Shown here: one piece after another, positions 55,177 through 63,175 of the stretch
Layout: the number at the start of each line of letters is the position of its first letter
Position numbering within the stretch: the first letter of the stretch is position 1
DNA from: Chloroflexota bacterium
GTDB lineage: Bacteria > Chloroflexota > Dormibacteria > CF-121
Length of the DNA: 64,000 nt
Direction of reading: 5' to 3'
Assembly (NCBI GenBank): GCA_005889225.1
Contig: VBEW01000016.1
Coordinates: 2,229 to 66,228 of the forward strand
Position numbers and translations under genes: made by a program
Notes under the pieces: model-generated
Database searches by the model: none
Seen by the model: the letters and a program-made list of their open reading frames with translations, nothing else
What the model was told of the DNA's origin: nothing

Positions 55177-55718
55177 CCCTCGACCAGCTGCTCTGGCTCA
55201 CGTCGCGGGTGGCCGCGCTGACCGCCTTCTTTGTCCTGGCCGCCGCGCTGGTTACGGGCCAGGCGCTGCGAAGCGCGATGTTCGAAGGCGCCATGCGCAA
55301 TCGCGAGCTGTCCAGTCTCCACCGTTTCCTCACGATCTGCTGGGTACCGTTTGTCTTGCTCCACGTCGTGACAATCACCATCGACAGCGTGGCGCGAGTG
55401 AGCCCCATCGACCTCGTCATCCCGTTTCGGGTCGCATACGCCGCCCTGCCGGTCGGGCTGGGCGCCATCGGCTTCGACCTGCTGTTGATCGTCACCGTCA
55501 CCAGTTACCTGCGGCGCCGTCTCGACCCCACTACCTGGCGATGGCTACACCGGCTCTCTTATGTGATGTTCGGGGTATTTGCGTTTCATGCACTCCTGGC
55601 CGGATCAGATTTCGCGCGCCCACTCGTGCTGGCTCCGGCCGCCGGGGTCGTCGCCTTCATTGCGATCGTCAGCCTGGCCCGCCTCGCCTTCGGACGCTGG
55701 GAAACAACCGCCCATTAG
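55173..55718 (+). CDS. Ferric reductase-like transmembrane component (MsrQ/YedZ-like heme-binding membrane protein)
   Basis: ~181 aa, 5-6 TM with conserved His in TM helices (LHRFLTICW, LHVVTIT, FHALLAG); GTG overlapping apbE stop. Confidence 0.65.
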   Translation: MTLDQLLWLTSRVAALTAFFVLAAALVTGQALRSAMFEGAMRNRELSSLHRFLTICWVPFVLLHVVTITIDSVARVSPIDLVIPFRVAYAALPVGLGAIGFDLLLIVTVTSYLRRRLDPTTWRWLHRLSYVMFGVFAFHALLAGSDFARPLVLAPAAGVVAFIAIVSLARLAFGRWETTAH

Positions 55719-55758
55719 ACTCTCGGGGCAGGTAAGCGCGATTCTCAGGAGGACTGAC

Positions 55759-56097
55759 ATGCGCGTGATGGATGTCGTCAATGAAACGAAAGCGGCCATG
55801 CGGGCGAGTGAGGTTTTCGGGACTCCTTACGAGAAGAACGGGGTAACGATCATTCCTGCGGCCAGGATCGCCGGCGGCGCCGGTGGCGGCGGCGACCAGC
55901 AGGAGCCGCAGGCAGGCGGTGTGGGTTTCGGGGTGTCATCGCGTCCGGTCGGGGCCTTTGTGATCAAGGGCGGCGAGGTCAGCTGGCAGCCGTCCCTGGA
56001 TCTGAACCGAGTGATCTTGATGGGCCAGGTCGTGGCCATCGTGGCTCTGCTCACGGTGCGCGCGGCCATCAAGGCCTGGGCGAAACGGCGCGCGTGA
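55759..56097 (+). CDS. GerW/YtfJ family protein
   Basis: VFGTPYEKNGVTIIPAARIAGGAGGGG...GVGFGVSSRPVGAFVIKGGEVSWQP matches YtfJ/GerW; AGGAGG SD. Confidence 0.65.
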   Translation: MRVMDVVNETKAAMRASEVFGTPYEKNGVTIIPAARIAGGAGGGGDQQEPQAGGVGFGVSSRPVGAFVIKGGEVSWQPSLDLNRVILMGQVVAIVALLTVRAAIKAWAKRRA

Positions 56098-57341
56098 TCC
56101 CGGCGGCGATCGACCTCGACCTGCAGTCGGTCCGGCGGCAGTTTCCCGCGCTCGGGCTGCGGATCGACGGCCGGCCGGTCGTTTACCTGGACAATCCGGC
56201 CGGTACGCAGGTGCCCCAGCGGGTCATCGATCGGACCACCTCCTACTGGCAGACGATGAACGCCAACCAGGGCGGCGTGTTTGCTACCAGCGAGCGCTCG
56301 GACGCCCTGATGCTCGAAGTGCGCGCCGCCGCTGCGGCGTTCGTCAACGCCGATTCGCCGGAGGAGATCGTCTTCGGGCCGAACATGACCACGCTGACGT
56401 TCGCCGTCAGCCGCGCCATCGCGCGCGAACTGCGGGCGGGCGATGAGATCCTCGTCACCCGGCTCGAACACGACGGCAACGTGTCGCCCTGGCTGGCACT
56501 CCAGGAGCAGGGGATCATCGTCCGGTTCGCCGACATCAAGACGCCGGAGTGCACGCTCGACCTCGATGACCTCCGGCGGCAGCTGACGGCGCGGACCCGC
56601 CTGGTCGCCGTGACCCACGCGTCCAATGTGGTTGGGACGATCCCGGATCTTCCGGCGGTGGCGAGCGCCGCTCACGCGGTCGGGGCCTGGATGTGGGTGG
56701 ATGCCGTTCACTACGGTCCTCACGGGTCGATCGACGTGCAGGCGCTCGACTGCGACTTCCTGGTCTGCTCCAGCTACAAGTTCTACGGACCGCACCTCGG
56801 GATCCTCTACGGGCGTCGCGAACTGCTGGAGCGGCTGCGGCCCTACAAGGTCCGGCCGGCCAGCGACGAGCTGCCGAGCCGCTGGGAGACCGGCACCCAG
56901 AACCATGAGAGCCTCGCCGGCCTGCTCGGCGCCTTCGAGTACCTCGCCGGTCTTGGCGGGTCGAAGGTGGTCCGGCGGGAAGCGTTCGAGGCGGCCATGC
57001 AGCGAATCCAGGCGCACGAGCAGGCGCTGGCGGCGCGCCTGCTCGCCGGCCTCGAACTGATTCGAGGGATCCAGATTTTCGGGATCACGGCACCCGATCA
57101 GCTTCACCGCCGCGCCCCCACCGTCTCGCTCATCTGGCCGCCCCACCGGCCGCAGGCGCTCGCGCGCTGGCTGGCCGGCCAGCAAATCTTCACCTGGCAC
57201 GGTGACCACTACGCGCCCGAGCTGATCGCCAGGCTGGGTCTTAGCGATCGTGGCGGCACGCTTCGGATCGGCCCGGCTCACTACAACACCGCGAGCGAGG
57301 TGGATCTCGTTCTCGAAGTGCTGGCCGGTTTCAAAGGCTGA
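56094..57341 (+). CDS. Class V aminotransferase / cysteine desulfurase family PLP-dependent enzyme
   Basis: VVYLDNPAGTQVPQRVID, THASNVVGTIPDLP, PLP-lysine in SSYKFYGP; no SufS-type catalytic Cys near C-terminus. Confidence 0.75.
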   Translation: MIPAAIDLDLQSVRRQFPALGLRIDGRPVVYLDNPAGTQVPQRVIDRTTSYWQTMNANQGGVFATSERSDALMLEVRAAAAAFVNADSPEEIVFGPNMTTLTFAVSRAIARELRAGDEILVTRLEHDGNVSPWLALQEQGIIVRFADIKTPECTLDLDDLRRQLTARTRLVAVTHASNVVGTIPDLPAVASAAHAVGAWMWVDAVHYGPHGSIDVQALDCDFLVCSSYKFYGPHLGILYGRRELLERLRPYKVRPASDELPSRWETGTQNHESLAGLLGAFEYLAGLGGSKVVRREAFEAAMQRIQAHEQALAARLLAGLELIRGIQIFGITAPDQLHRRAPTVSLIWPPHRPQALARWLAGQQIFTWHGDHYAPELIARLGLSDRGGTLRIGPAHYNTASEVDLVLEVLAGFKG

Positions 57342-58305
57342 TCAACACCACGCCGGTGAGGGCCAGCCCGATCCCGGCCTGCTGCAGACGCGCCATGCGC
57401 TCATCCAACACGATCCGCGCCAGCACGACGGTGGCGACCGGGTACAGCGACGACAGGATCGAGACGACGCTCAAAAGGCCGGTGGTGGTGGCAAACGCAA
57501 AGAACACGTCGGCCCCGACGTCCAGCACCCCGACGGCAAACAGCGCTGGCAGGTCGGGCGGACGAGGCTTGATGCGCGATCGAAACGCCAGCCCAAGAAG
57601 CAGCAGCACGGAAACGCTGCCGGCCCGCGTGGCCAGCACTCCCCAGACCGCGTCGGGCCGGCTGGCAAAGCGAATCGCCACCAGGAAGAGCCCGAACGAG
57701 AGCGCGGCGATAAGGGCCAGGCCGGCGCCGGGAACGAGCCGCCGCCCGGGCTGCGCGGGGCGGCGATCGAACGCCAGCAGCGCGACCCCACCCAGGGTCA
57801 GCGCCATGCCGGCGAGCTGAAGCCCACCGGGTCGTTCACCGAGTGTCAGCCCGACGAGGACCGGAACCACCGGCCCGGTAGCGGCAATCGTCGAGACCAC
57901 GCTGACCACGCCGATGGCCATGCCGCGGTAGATCGCGGCCAATCCGACCAGACCGATCAGGCCGGCGAGAACGCCGGCCACCATCCAGGGCCCGGGGCGG
58001 AAGGGTACGCCGCGCACGATCACGACGGCGGCGATCATGGCCAGGGTCGGTGGCTGCGACAGGAAGAGCACCGCGAAGGTACCCAGGCGTCGAGTCTTGA
58101 AGCCGCCGATGAAATCGCCGACGCCCCAGCTCAGGCTGGCCGCGAGCGCGAGCAGAACCGCGGTCAGGTCGAGACCCGCCGGACCGTAGCCCTGACGGCA
58201 AGATCCCCGAGCCGCTGCCGGTGGCCGCGGCGAAGCAGGAGCACCGCGTCGATGGGCCAGAGGAAAACGAGCACGCCGATCGCGTTTCGCAGCGCCGCGC
58301 GCCAC
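57331..58305 (-). CDS. EamA/DMT superfamily transporter (start uncertain)
   Basis: 10-TM DMT profile (two EamA repeats); only in-frame start (58305) would overlap upstream DedA-RDD gene by 142 nt. Confidence 0.55.
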   Translation of the reverse strand: MARGAAKRDRRARFPLAHRRGAPASPRPPAAARGSCRQGYGPAGLDLTAVLLALAASLSWGVGDFIGGFKTRRLGTFAVLFLSQPPTLAMIAAVVIVRGVPFRPGPWMVAGVLAGLIGLVGLAAIYRGMAIGVVSVVSTIAATGPVVPVLVGLTLGERPGGLQLAGMALTLGGVALLAFDRRPAQPGRRLVPGAGLALIAALSFGLFLVAIRFASRPDAVWGVLATRAGSVSVLLLLGLAFRSRIKPRPPDLPALFAVGVLDVGADVFFAFATTTGLLSVVSILSSLYPVATVVLARIVLDERMARLQQAGIGLALTGVVLISL

Positions 58306-59222
58306 CAGCCTGGTACCCCACCCTCGGGACCGTACACGGAGATGCCCATCAGGAGCTTGCCAAGCGTCTGGCCGGTTCGGGCCTCGTAGGGCACCCGATA
58401 GAGCAAGGTCACGCCGGCAAGGAGCAGGAGACCTTCCGGGTCGAGCACAACCTCTGTTGTCTCGAGCCCGGATGCGGCGGTCAGAATGAGTACGGTGATC
58501 CCAAAGGTGAGGGTCAGGTCGACGATGGCGGCCCAGAGGCGGCGGATCAGCGGATAGTCCTGCCAGGTTCGGTCGTCCCGGTCACGAAAAAGTTTGGCTT
58601 CAATCGAGTCGGCCAGATTCCGCCGCACGGCGAAGACGATCGGCTCCAACGCGGTCAGCGCGCCGCGACGCGCCAGCCAGCGGATGGACAACACGACCGC
58701 CAGGGTGGCCAGCGTCGTGACCGCGATGACGAACAATCGGTGCTCGGCGCGGTGAAATAGCCGGACCGCTGGCTGGCCGACCAGCGCCCCCAGGCCGACG
58801 AAGAAGGCGATGTAGACCAGGACGGAGGGAATCAGGCCGGCCGCAAAGGTCAGGCGAGGCATGTTGCTGACGCCCGCCGCCTGGGTTGTATGAATTCGCA
58901 AGCCGGGTATCAGGCGACCGGCGAAGACGGCCGGCGCGCCGCCTCGGCGCAGCAGGTGGATCGCGCGTTCGAGCGCCGGCCGAAAGCGCAGCGTATCGGC
59001 AACCTTCATCACCGCAGGCTGACCCACCGTGGCGAAAATCTCGCGGCCGATCATGGCCCCGATCACCGTCGCCAGCAGCAAGGCGGCGACCATGGGGACC
59101 GGGTCTACGGTGCCACTGGCGATCGCGATGCCGGCGATCATCAACAAGAGGTCGCCGGGCGCGAACGGAACCGGGACCCCACTCTCCTCGATGAAGACCA
59201 GGCCCGCGATGACGGCAATCAA
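58164..59222 (-). CDS. DedA (SNARE-associated) domain fused to RDD family membrane domain
   Basis: N-terminal DedA blocks (VFIEESGVPVPFAPGDLLLMIAG; FAGRLIPGLRIHTTQAAG), C-terminal RDD blocks (LIRRLWAAIVDLTL; RQRLGDLAVRATVRRV). Confidence 0.7.
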   Translation of the reverse strand: MIAVIAGLVFIEESGVPVPFAPGDLLLMIAGIAIASGTVDPVPMVAALLLATVIGAMIGREIFATVGQPAVMKVADTLRFRPALERAIHLLRRGGAPAVFAGRLIPGLRIHTTQAAGVSNMPRLTFAAGLIPSVLVYIAFFVGLGALVGQPAVRLFHRAEHRLFVIAVTTLATLAVVLSIRWLARRGALTALEPIVFAVRRNLADSIEAKLFRDRDDRTWQDYPLIRRLWAAIVDLTLTFGITVLILTAASGLETTEVVLDPEGLLLLAGVTLLYRVPYEARTGQTLGKLLMGISVYGPEGGVPGWWRAALRNAIGVLVFLWPIDAVLLLRRGHRQRLGDLAVRATVRRVST

Positions 59223-59260
59223 GAGATCGCCGCTCAGGTTCGAGATCGAGCCGATCGGGT

Positions 59261-60850
59261 TCAGTTGATCAACTGCCGAATCAACGGGATGGGGAGATAC
59301 CCGCAGCCGAGAAAGGCGTCGTGGAAGCGCTTCAGGGAGTAATCCGGGCGGCCCTCCAGGTCGTTGCGCAGCTCGAGAATGAGCAGCTTGCCGAGTGTAT
59401 AGCTCAGATACAGCGGATCCCAGGCTCCCCGCATCGCCTCGCGCTTGGCCGGCAGTTCCGACAGGAATCCCATCGACATGAACAGTTGAATCGCTTCGGG
59501 CATCGGCATTGCCTGGCAGTGGAGACCGAGCGCAACGAGGAACCGGCAGTCGCGCAGGAGGGCGTCGCTCCGCTGCGCCAGTTGAAGTTTGGGATCCGTC
59601 GAGTAGCCGGCGTCGAGCATCATCTCCTCGACGTAATGCGCAAACCCCTCGACATTGGCATAGGACCAGAACAGCTGACGCGTCCTCGACCCAACTCGCC
59701 GCTCGTGCAGGGATTGCACGAAATGACCCGGGTAGGCTTCATGGATCGAGACGTTTTCGAGCATCGCGTAATTGAGGTGACGCAGCCACTGCTCGCGGCT
59801 GGTCTCGCTCCAGTCAGCGGCAGGCACCGTCACGTAGTAGTAGCTTTCGGTGGCGACGGTCTCGAGCGGCCCGGCGCTATCCATGGCGGCACTGATGTAG
59901 GACGCGTACGAGGGGGTCGGACGGACCAGGCAGCGCGCCTCCGAAGGGATCGAGACCAGGTCGCGCTCCAGGATGAAGCTGCGCAAGCCTTCCAGCGTGG
60001 CCCTGACGTCATCGATGATGGTCTCGGTCGTTGGATGATGCGCTTCCAGGTCGCGCAGCGCTGCGCTGACGCCGCCTCCGGGGCTGATGGCCTCAGCCGC
60101 GCGTTCCGCCTCCGCCATGTTGCGCTCGATGTCCGCCCGAACCAGGTGCTCGAGCTCGGCGACGTTCGCAGGAACGAGCTCGCGGGTTTGCAGTAGGCGC
60201 AAGAAGCGGTCTTCGCCCAGCGCGAAGTGGTCGTGAGCGTCACGCTGGCGTTGCTTGAGGAAGTCGACGGCTGCCCGGGTCTCCCGCACCGCCCGGTCGA
60301 TTGCCTGGAGCGTGTCAGCGTCGCCGGCGGCGGCCGTCCGCACCTCGCCGTCGAGATAGGCGGACTGTCCGGCGGCGGCTTCGATTGCGATCTGCAGGTT
60401 CGGTCGAGGGAGTGACGCCTCCAGGTTGTCGCGGGCGGCCTCCAGGTAACCGGAATAGCCGGCAAGGTGCCGCCGCAAGGCGGCCAACCGCTCGCCCAGC
60501 GGCGCGTACGGCCGCTTGAGATAAGAGCTCACGTCCAGCTCGCTGCCAGCACCCATATAGAACATCGGTTCCGTAAACGGCCGCCGCAACTCGGTCAGTT
60601 CGAGCCGGGCCGTCTTGAGCTGGATGAGCAGCCCTTGCCGGTCCACGTCCTGGTCCCGGCTCAGCCCCGCCAGCGGCTCCAGCACTCCAATCTGTCGGTC
60701 GATCTCGCCAATGCGGGCGTGGATGGTGGTCGCCGAGAGGTCGCCCACGACACCGTCGAAGTGGTGGTCGCCGCCGACGCGAGCGTGGTTGGGGGAGAAG
60801 CGAAAGAAGCCATCGATCACCTTGTGCTCGATCGCTGCCCAGTCCGCCAC
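59261..60850 (-). CDS. DUF885 family protein (putative metallopeptidase-like)
   Basis: ~529 aa; conserved HEAYPGHFVQ block of DUF885. Confidence 0.75.
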   Translation of the reverse strand: MADWAAIEHKVIDGFFRFSPNHARVGGDHHFDGVVGDLSATTIHARIGEIDRQIGVLEPLAGLSRDQDVDRQGLLIQLKTARLELTELRRPFTEPMFYMGAGSELDVSSYLKRPYAPLGERLAALRRHLAGYSGYLEAARDNLEASLPRPNLQIAIEAAAGQSAYLDGEVRTAAAGDADTLQAIDRAVRETRAAVDFLKQRQRDAHDHFALGEDRFLRLLQTRELVPANVAELEHLVRADIERNMAEAERAAEAISPGGGVSAALRDLEAHHPTTETIIDDVRATLEGLRSFILERDLVSIPSEARCLVRPTPSYASYISAAMDSAGPLETVATESYYYVTVPAADWSETSREQWLRHLNYAMLENVSIHEAYPGHFVQSLHERRVGSRTRQLFWSYANVEGFAHYVEEMMLDAGYSTDPKLQLAQRSDALLRDCRFLVALGLHCQAMPMPEAIQLFMSMGFLSELPAKREAMRGAWDPLYLSYTLGKLLILELRNDLEGRPDYSLKRFHDAFLGCGYLPIPLIRQLIN

Positions 60851-60938
60851 GGGGCTTGAGGCTAGCAGGTGGCGTATTTCGGGACGGATTTGTCACTGGG
60901 TCCGTAAGGTTGCGCTGTTACGTTGGCGTCACCGAATC

Positions 60939-62450
60939 ATGATCCAGCCATCACGGCCCCGTTTCCGGCTGTTACCAGTGCGCCACCTGGCCGTGGTGAT
61001 CGCCGCCACCAGCTTGGCGATGGCCGCCATGCCGGCCGTACCCGCCTGGGCGGCCTCCAATCGGGCACACCTTGACCGCCAGGTCCTCAAGGCCATGCAG
61101 CAGGGCCGGCGGTTGCCTGTCATTCTGGTCGCCCACGGCGAGCTCAATGTCCTCGAAGCCGACCTGCGACGGAGCGGCGTCAAGAACACCGTCCGTGTGC
61201 CGATCGGACATGGGATCGCCGCCGAGCTCAGCGCCCCACTGATCGCGCGCTTCAGTACCCGCTCAGATGTCGAGCGCATTATCTACGACGCCCCGGTCCA
61301 GCTGACCGATACGGCGTTCGATCCGTCCGCGCTTGCCACGGCCTACCCGGCTGTGGTCGATGCTGTGGCCGCCTGGAGCAGCGGGGTGGCTCCGCTGACT
61401 GGCCGGGGCGTCGGCATCGCCGTGATCGACAGCGGGATCAGCGCCCATCCGGACCTCGGCGATCGGGTGATCTTGAACCGCAATTTCAATGCCACCGTGA
61501 CCGGTACCGACGATGCCTACGGCCATGGCACCGCCGTTGCCGGGATCATCGCGGGCGATGGGACGGCAAGCACCGGTCGCTACATCGGCATCGCCCCCCA
61601 GGCAAACCTGATCAACCTTCGGGTCAATGATGGGACCGGCGCCGCGCCGACGTCGGCGATCATGAACGCCATCCTCTGGGCTGTCCTGAACAAAGACACC
61701 TTCGACATCCGCGTCATGAACCTCTCGCTCCTGGCCACCGTCCAGGAGAGCTACCAGACCAGCCCGATCGATGCCGCGGTCGAGTACGCCTGGCTGAAGG
61801 GCATCGTCGTGGTGGTCGCGGCGGGCAACACCGGTCCCAACAGTGCGCTCTACGCTCCCGCCAATGACCCCTACGTGATCACCGTGGGCGCGACCGACGA
61901 CCACGGTTCGGCGACGGCGGTCGACGACACGGTGGCCGGCTTTTCGGGCTACGGTCTGACGCAGGACGGCTTCAGCAAGCCAGACTTCGTCGCACCAGGC
62001 CGGCGCATCATCACCACCCTGGCGCCCAACAGCAATTTCGCCCTCAGCTATCCCGCGTATCTGGTCGGGAATCAGTACATCCAGCTGAGCGGGACATCGG
62101 TGGCCGCGCCCATCGTGAGCGGCGTGGCGGCCCTCTATGCGGAAAGCCGTCCGAACGTGCGCCCGGGCCAGTTGAAAGGCGTGCTCCTTGCCACAGCCAC
62201 GGGGCTTTCGCTCAGTGGGAGTGGGAATGGCTACCCGGACGCGGCCGCGGCCATCGCCTATATCGGGCTCGTCGGCAACGCGGACCGGGGGCTGGCTCCC
62301 AACAACTACTTGATGGTCCTCTACCTGGCGGCCCACAACCTGGCAACGCTGCCGGTGGTGTCGTGGGACACGGTGTCATGGGATAGCGTCTCCTGGAGCA
62401 GCGTCTCCTGGAGCAGTGTCTCCTGGAACGCCGTGAGCTGGAGCGATTAG
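60939..62450 (+). CDS. Secreted subtilisin-like serine protease (peptidase S8) with C-terminal VSWxx pentapeptide repeats
   Basis: Signal peptide; Asp (VIDSGI), His (HGTAVAG), Ser (GTSVAAP) triad; C-terminal VSWDTVSWDSVSWSSVSWSSVSWNAVSWSD. Confidence 0.8.
   Translation: MIQPSRPRFRLLPVRHLAVVIAATSLAMAAMPAVPAWAASNRAHLDRQVLKAMQQGRRLPVILVAHGELNVLEADLRRSGVKNTVRVPIGHGIAAELSAPLIARFSTRSDVERIIYDAPVQLTDTAFDPSALATAYPAVVDAVAAWSSGVAPLTGRGVGIAVIDSGISAHPDLGDRVILNRNFNATVTGTDDAYGHGTAVAGIIAGDGTASTGRYIGIAPQANLINLRVNDGTGAAPTSAIMNAILWAVLNKDTFDIRVMNLSLLATVQESYQTSPIDAAVEYAWLKGIVVVVAAGNTGPNSALYAPANDPYVITVGATDDHGSATAVDDTVAGFSGYGLTQDGFSKPDFVAPGRRIITTLAPNSNFALSYPAYLVGNQYIQLSGTSVAAPIVSGVAALYAESRPNVRPGQLKGVLLATATGLSLSGSGNGYPDAAAAIAYIGLVGNADRGLAPNNYLMVLYLAAHNLATLPVVSWDTVSWDSVSWSSVSWSSVSWNAVSWSD
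62386..62435 (+). repeat. 15-bp tandem DNA repeat (AGCGTCTCCTGGAGC x3-4) encoding the SVSWS peptide repeat
   Basis: Direct repeats visible at 62388-62435. Confidence 0.6.
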
Positions 62451-62452
62451 CC

Positions 62453-63166
62453 ATGAAGCGGGCGCGACGTTCCACGGCCGCGGTCGTCTACATCACGGGC
62501 CTGAGCGGCGCGGCCGTGATGGGCACCTTCGCGTTGAGCCGCGTCGGCGGATCAGGCGCGCTCCTGTGGACCTTTATCATCCTGACCGGCCTCGGCATGG
62601 TGGCGCACGCCTTCCCGATCCAGGGCAGCCGGCATCAGGCCTACCAGGTCACGCTTCCGTTCATCATTGCCGCCGCGGCCTTGTTTAGCGCCGCGCAGCT
62701 CGTCGCGTTCGTTGTCCTGATCCATCTGGCCGAGCAGGCGCGGCTTCGCCGGCCGCTTCACATCCAATGGTTCAACGTCTGCAACTACTTCCTGAGCGCG
62801 GCGGTGGCGGCAGCGTTCTTCAATCGCGCGATCGCCCTGCTCCCAGAAGGTGCGATCGGCCAGGTGGCCGCCGCGATGGCGGCCGGTTGTACGTTCATCG
62901 TGCTCAACCGACTCATCCTGGCCGGCGCGCTCTGGCTGGCCCGCGGACTCTCGCTCGCTGCCTCGGGGTTGCTCTTGCCCCGCCTGCTGGCCGCCGACCT
63001 GATCATCGCCTGGATGGCCGGCCCCATGCTGGTCCTCACGCTGCTGGCGGGACCCTGGATGGTGCTGGTCACGGCGGGCCCGCTGTTGCTGGCACGCACG
63101 GCTCTTTCGGTGCTCGTGCCGTCAGTCCCGCGCCGGGCGAAGCACGCGAGGGTGCGCGCCGCCTGA
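62453..63166 (+). CDS. Polytopic membrane protein, stand-alone paralog of the N-terminal membrane module of the downstream GGDEF protein
   Basis: 7-8 TM; shared blocks with next gene (HIQWFNVCNYFLSAAVAAAFF vs YIQAFNVANFVLCSLAAGALF). Confidence 0.55.
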   Translation: MKRARRSTAAVVYITGLSGAAVMGTFALSRVGGSGALLWTFIILTGLGMVAHAFPIQGSRHQAYQVTLPFIIAAAALFSAAQLVAFVVLIHLAEQARLRRPLHIQWFNVCNYFLSAAVAAAFFNRAIALLPEGAIGQVAAAMAAGCTFIVLNRLILAGALWLARGLSLAASGLLLPRLLAADLIIAWMAGPMLVLTLLAGPWMVLVTAGPLLLARTALSVLVPSVPRRAKHARVRAA

Positions 63167-63175
63167 CGGCAACCC

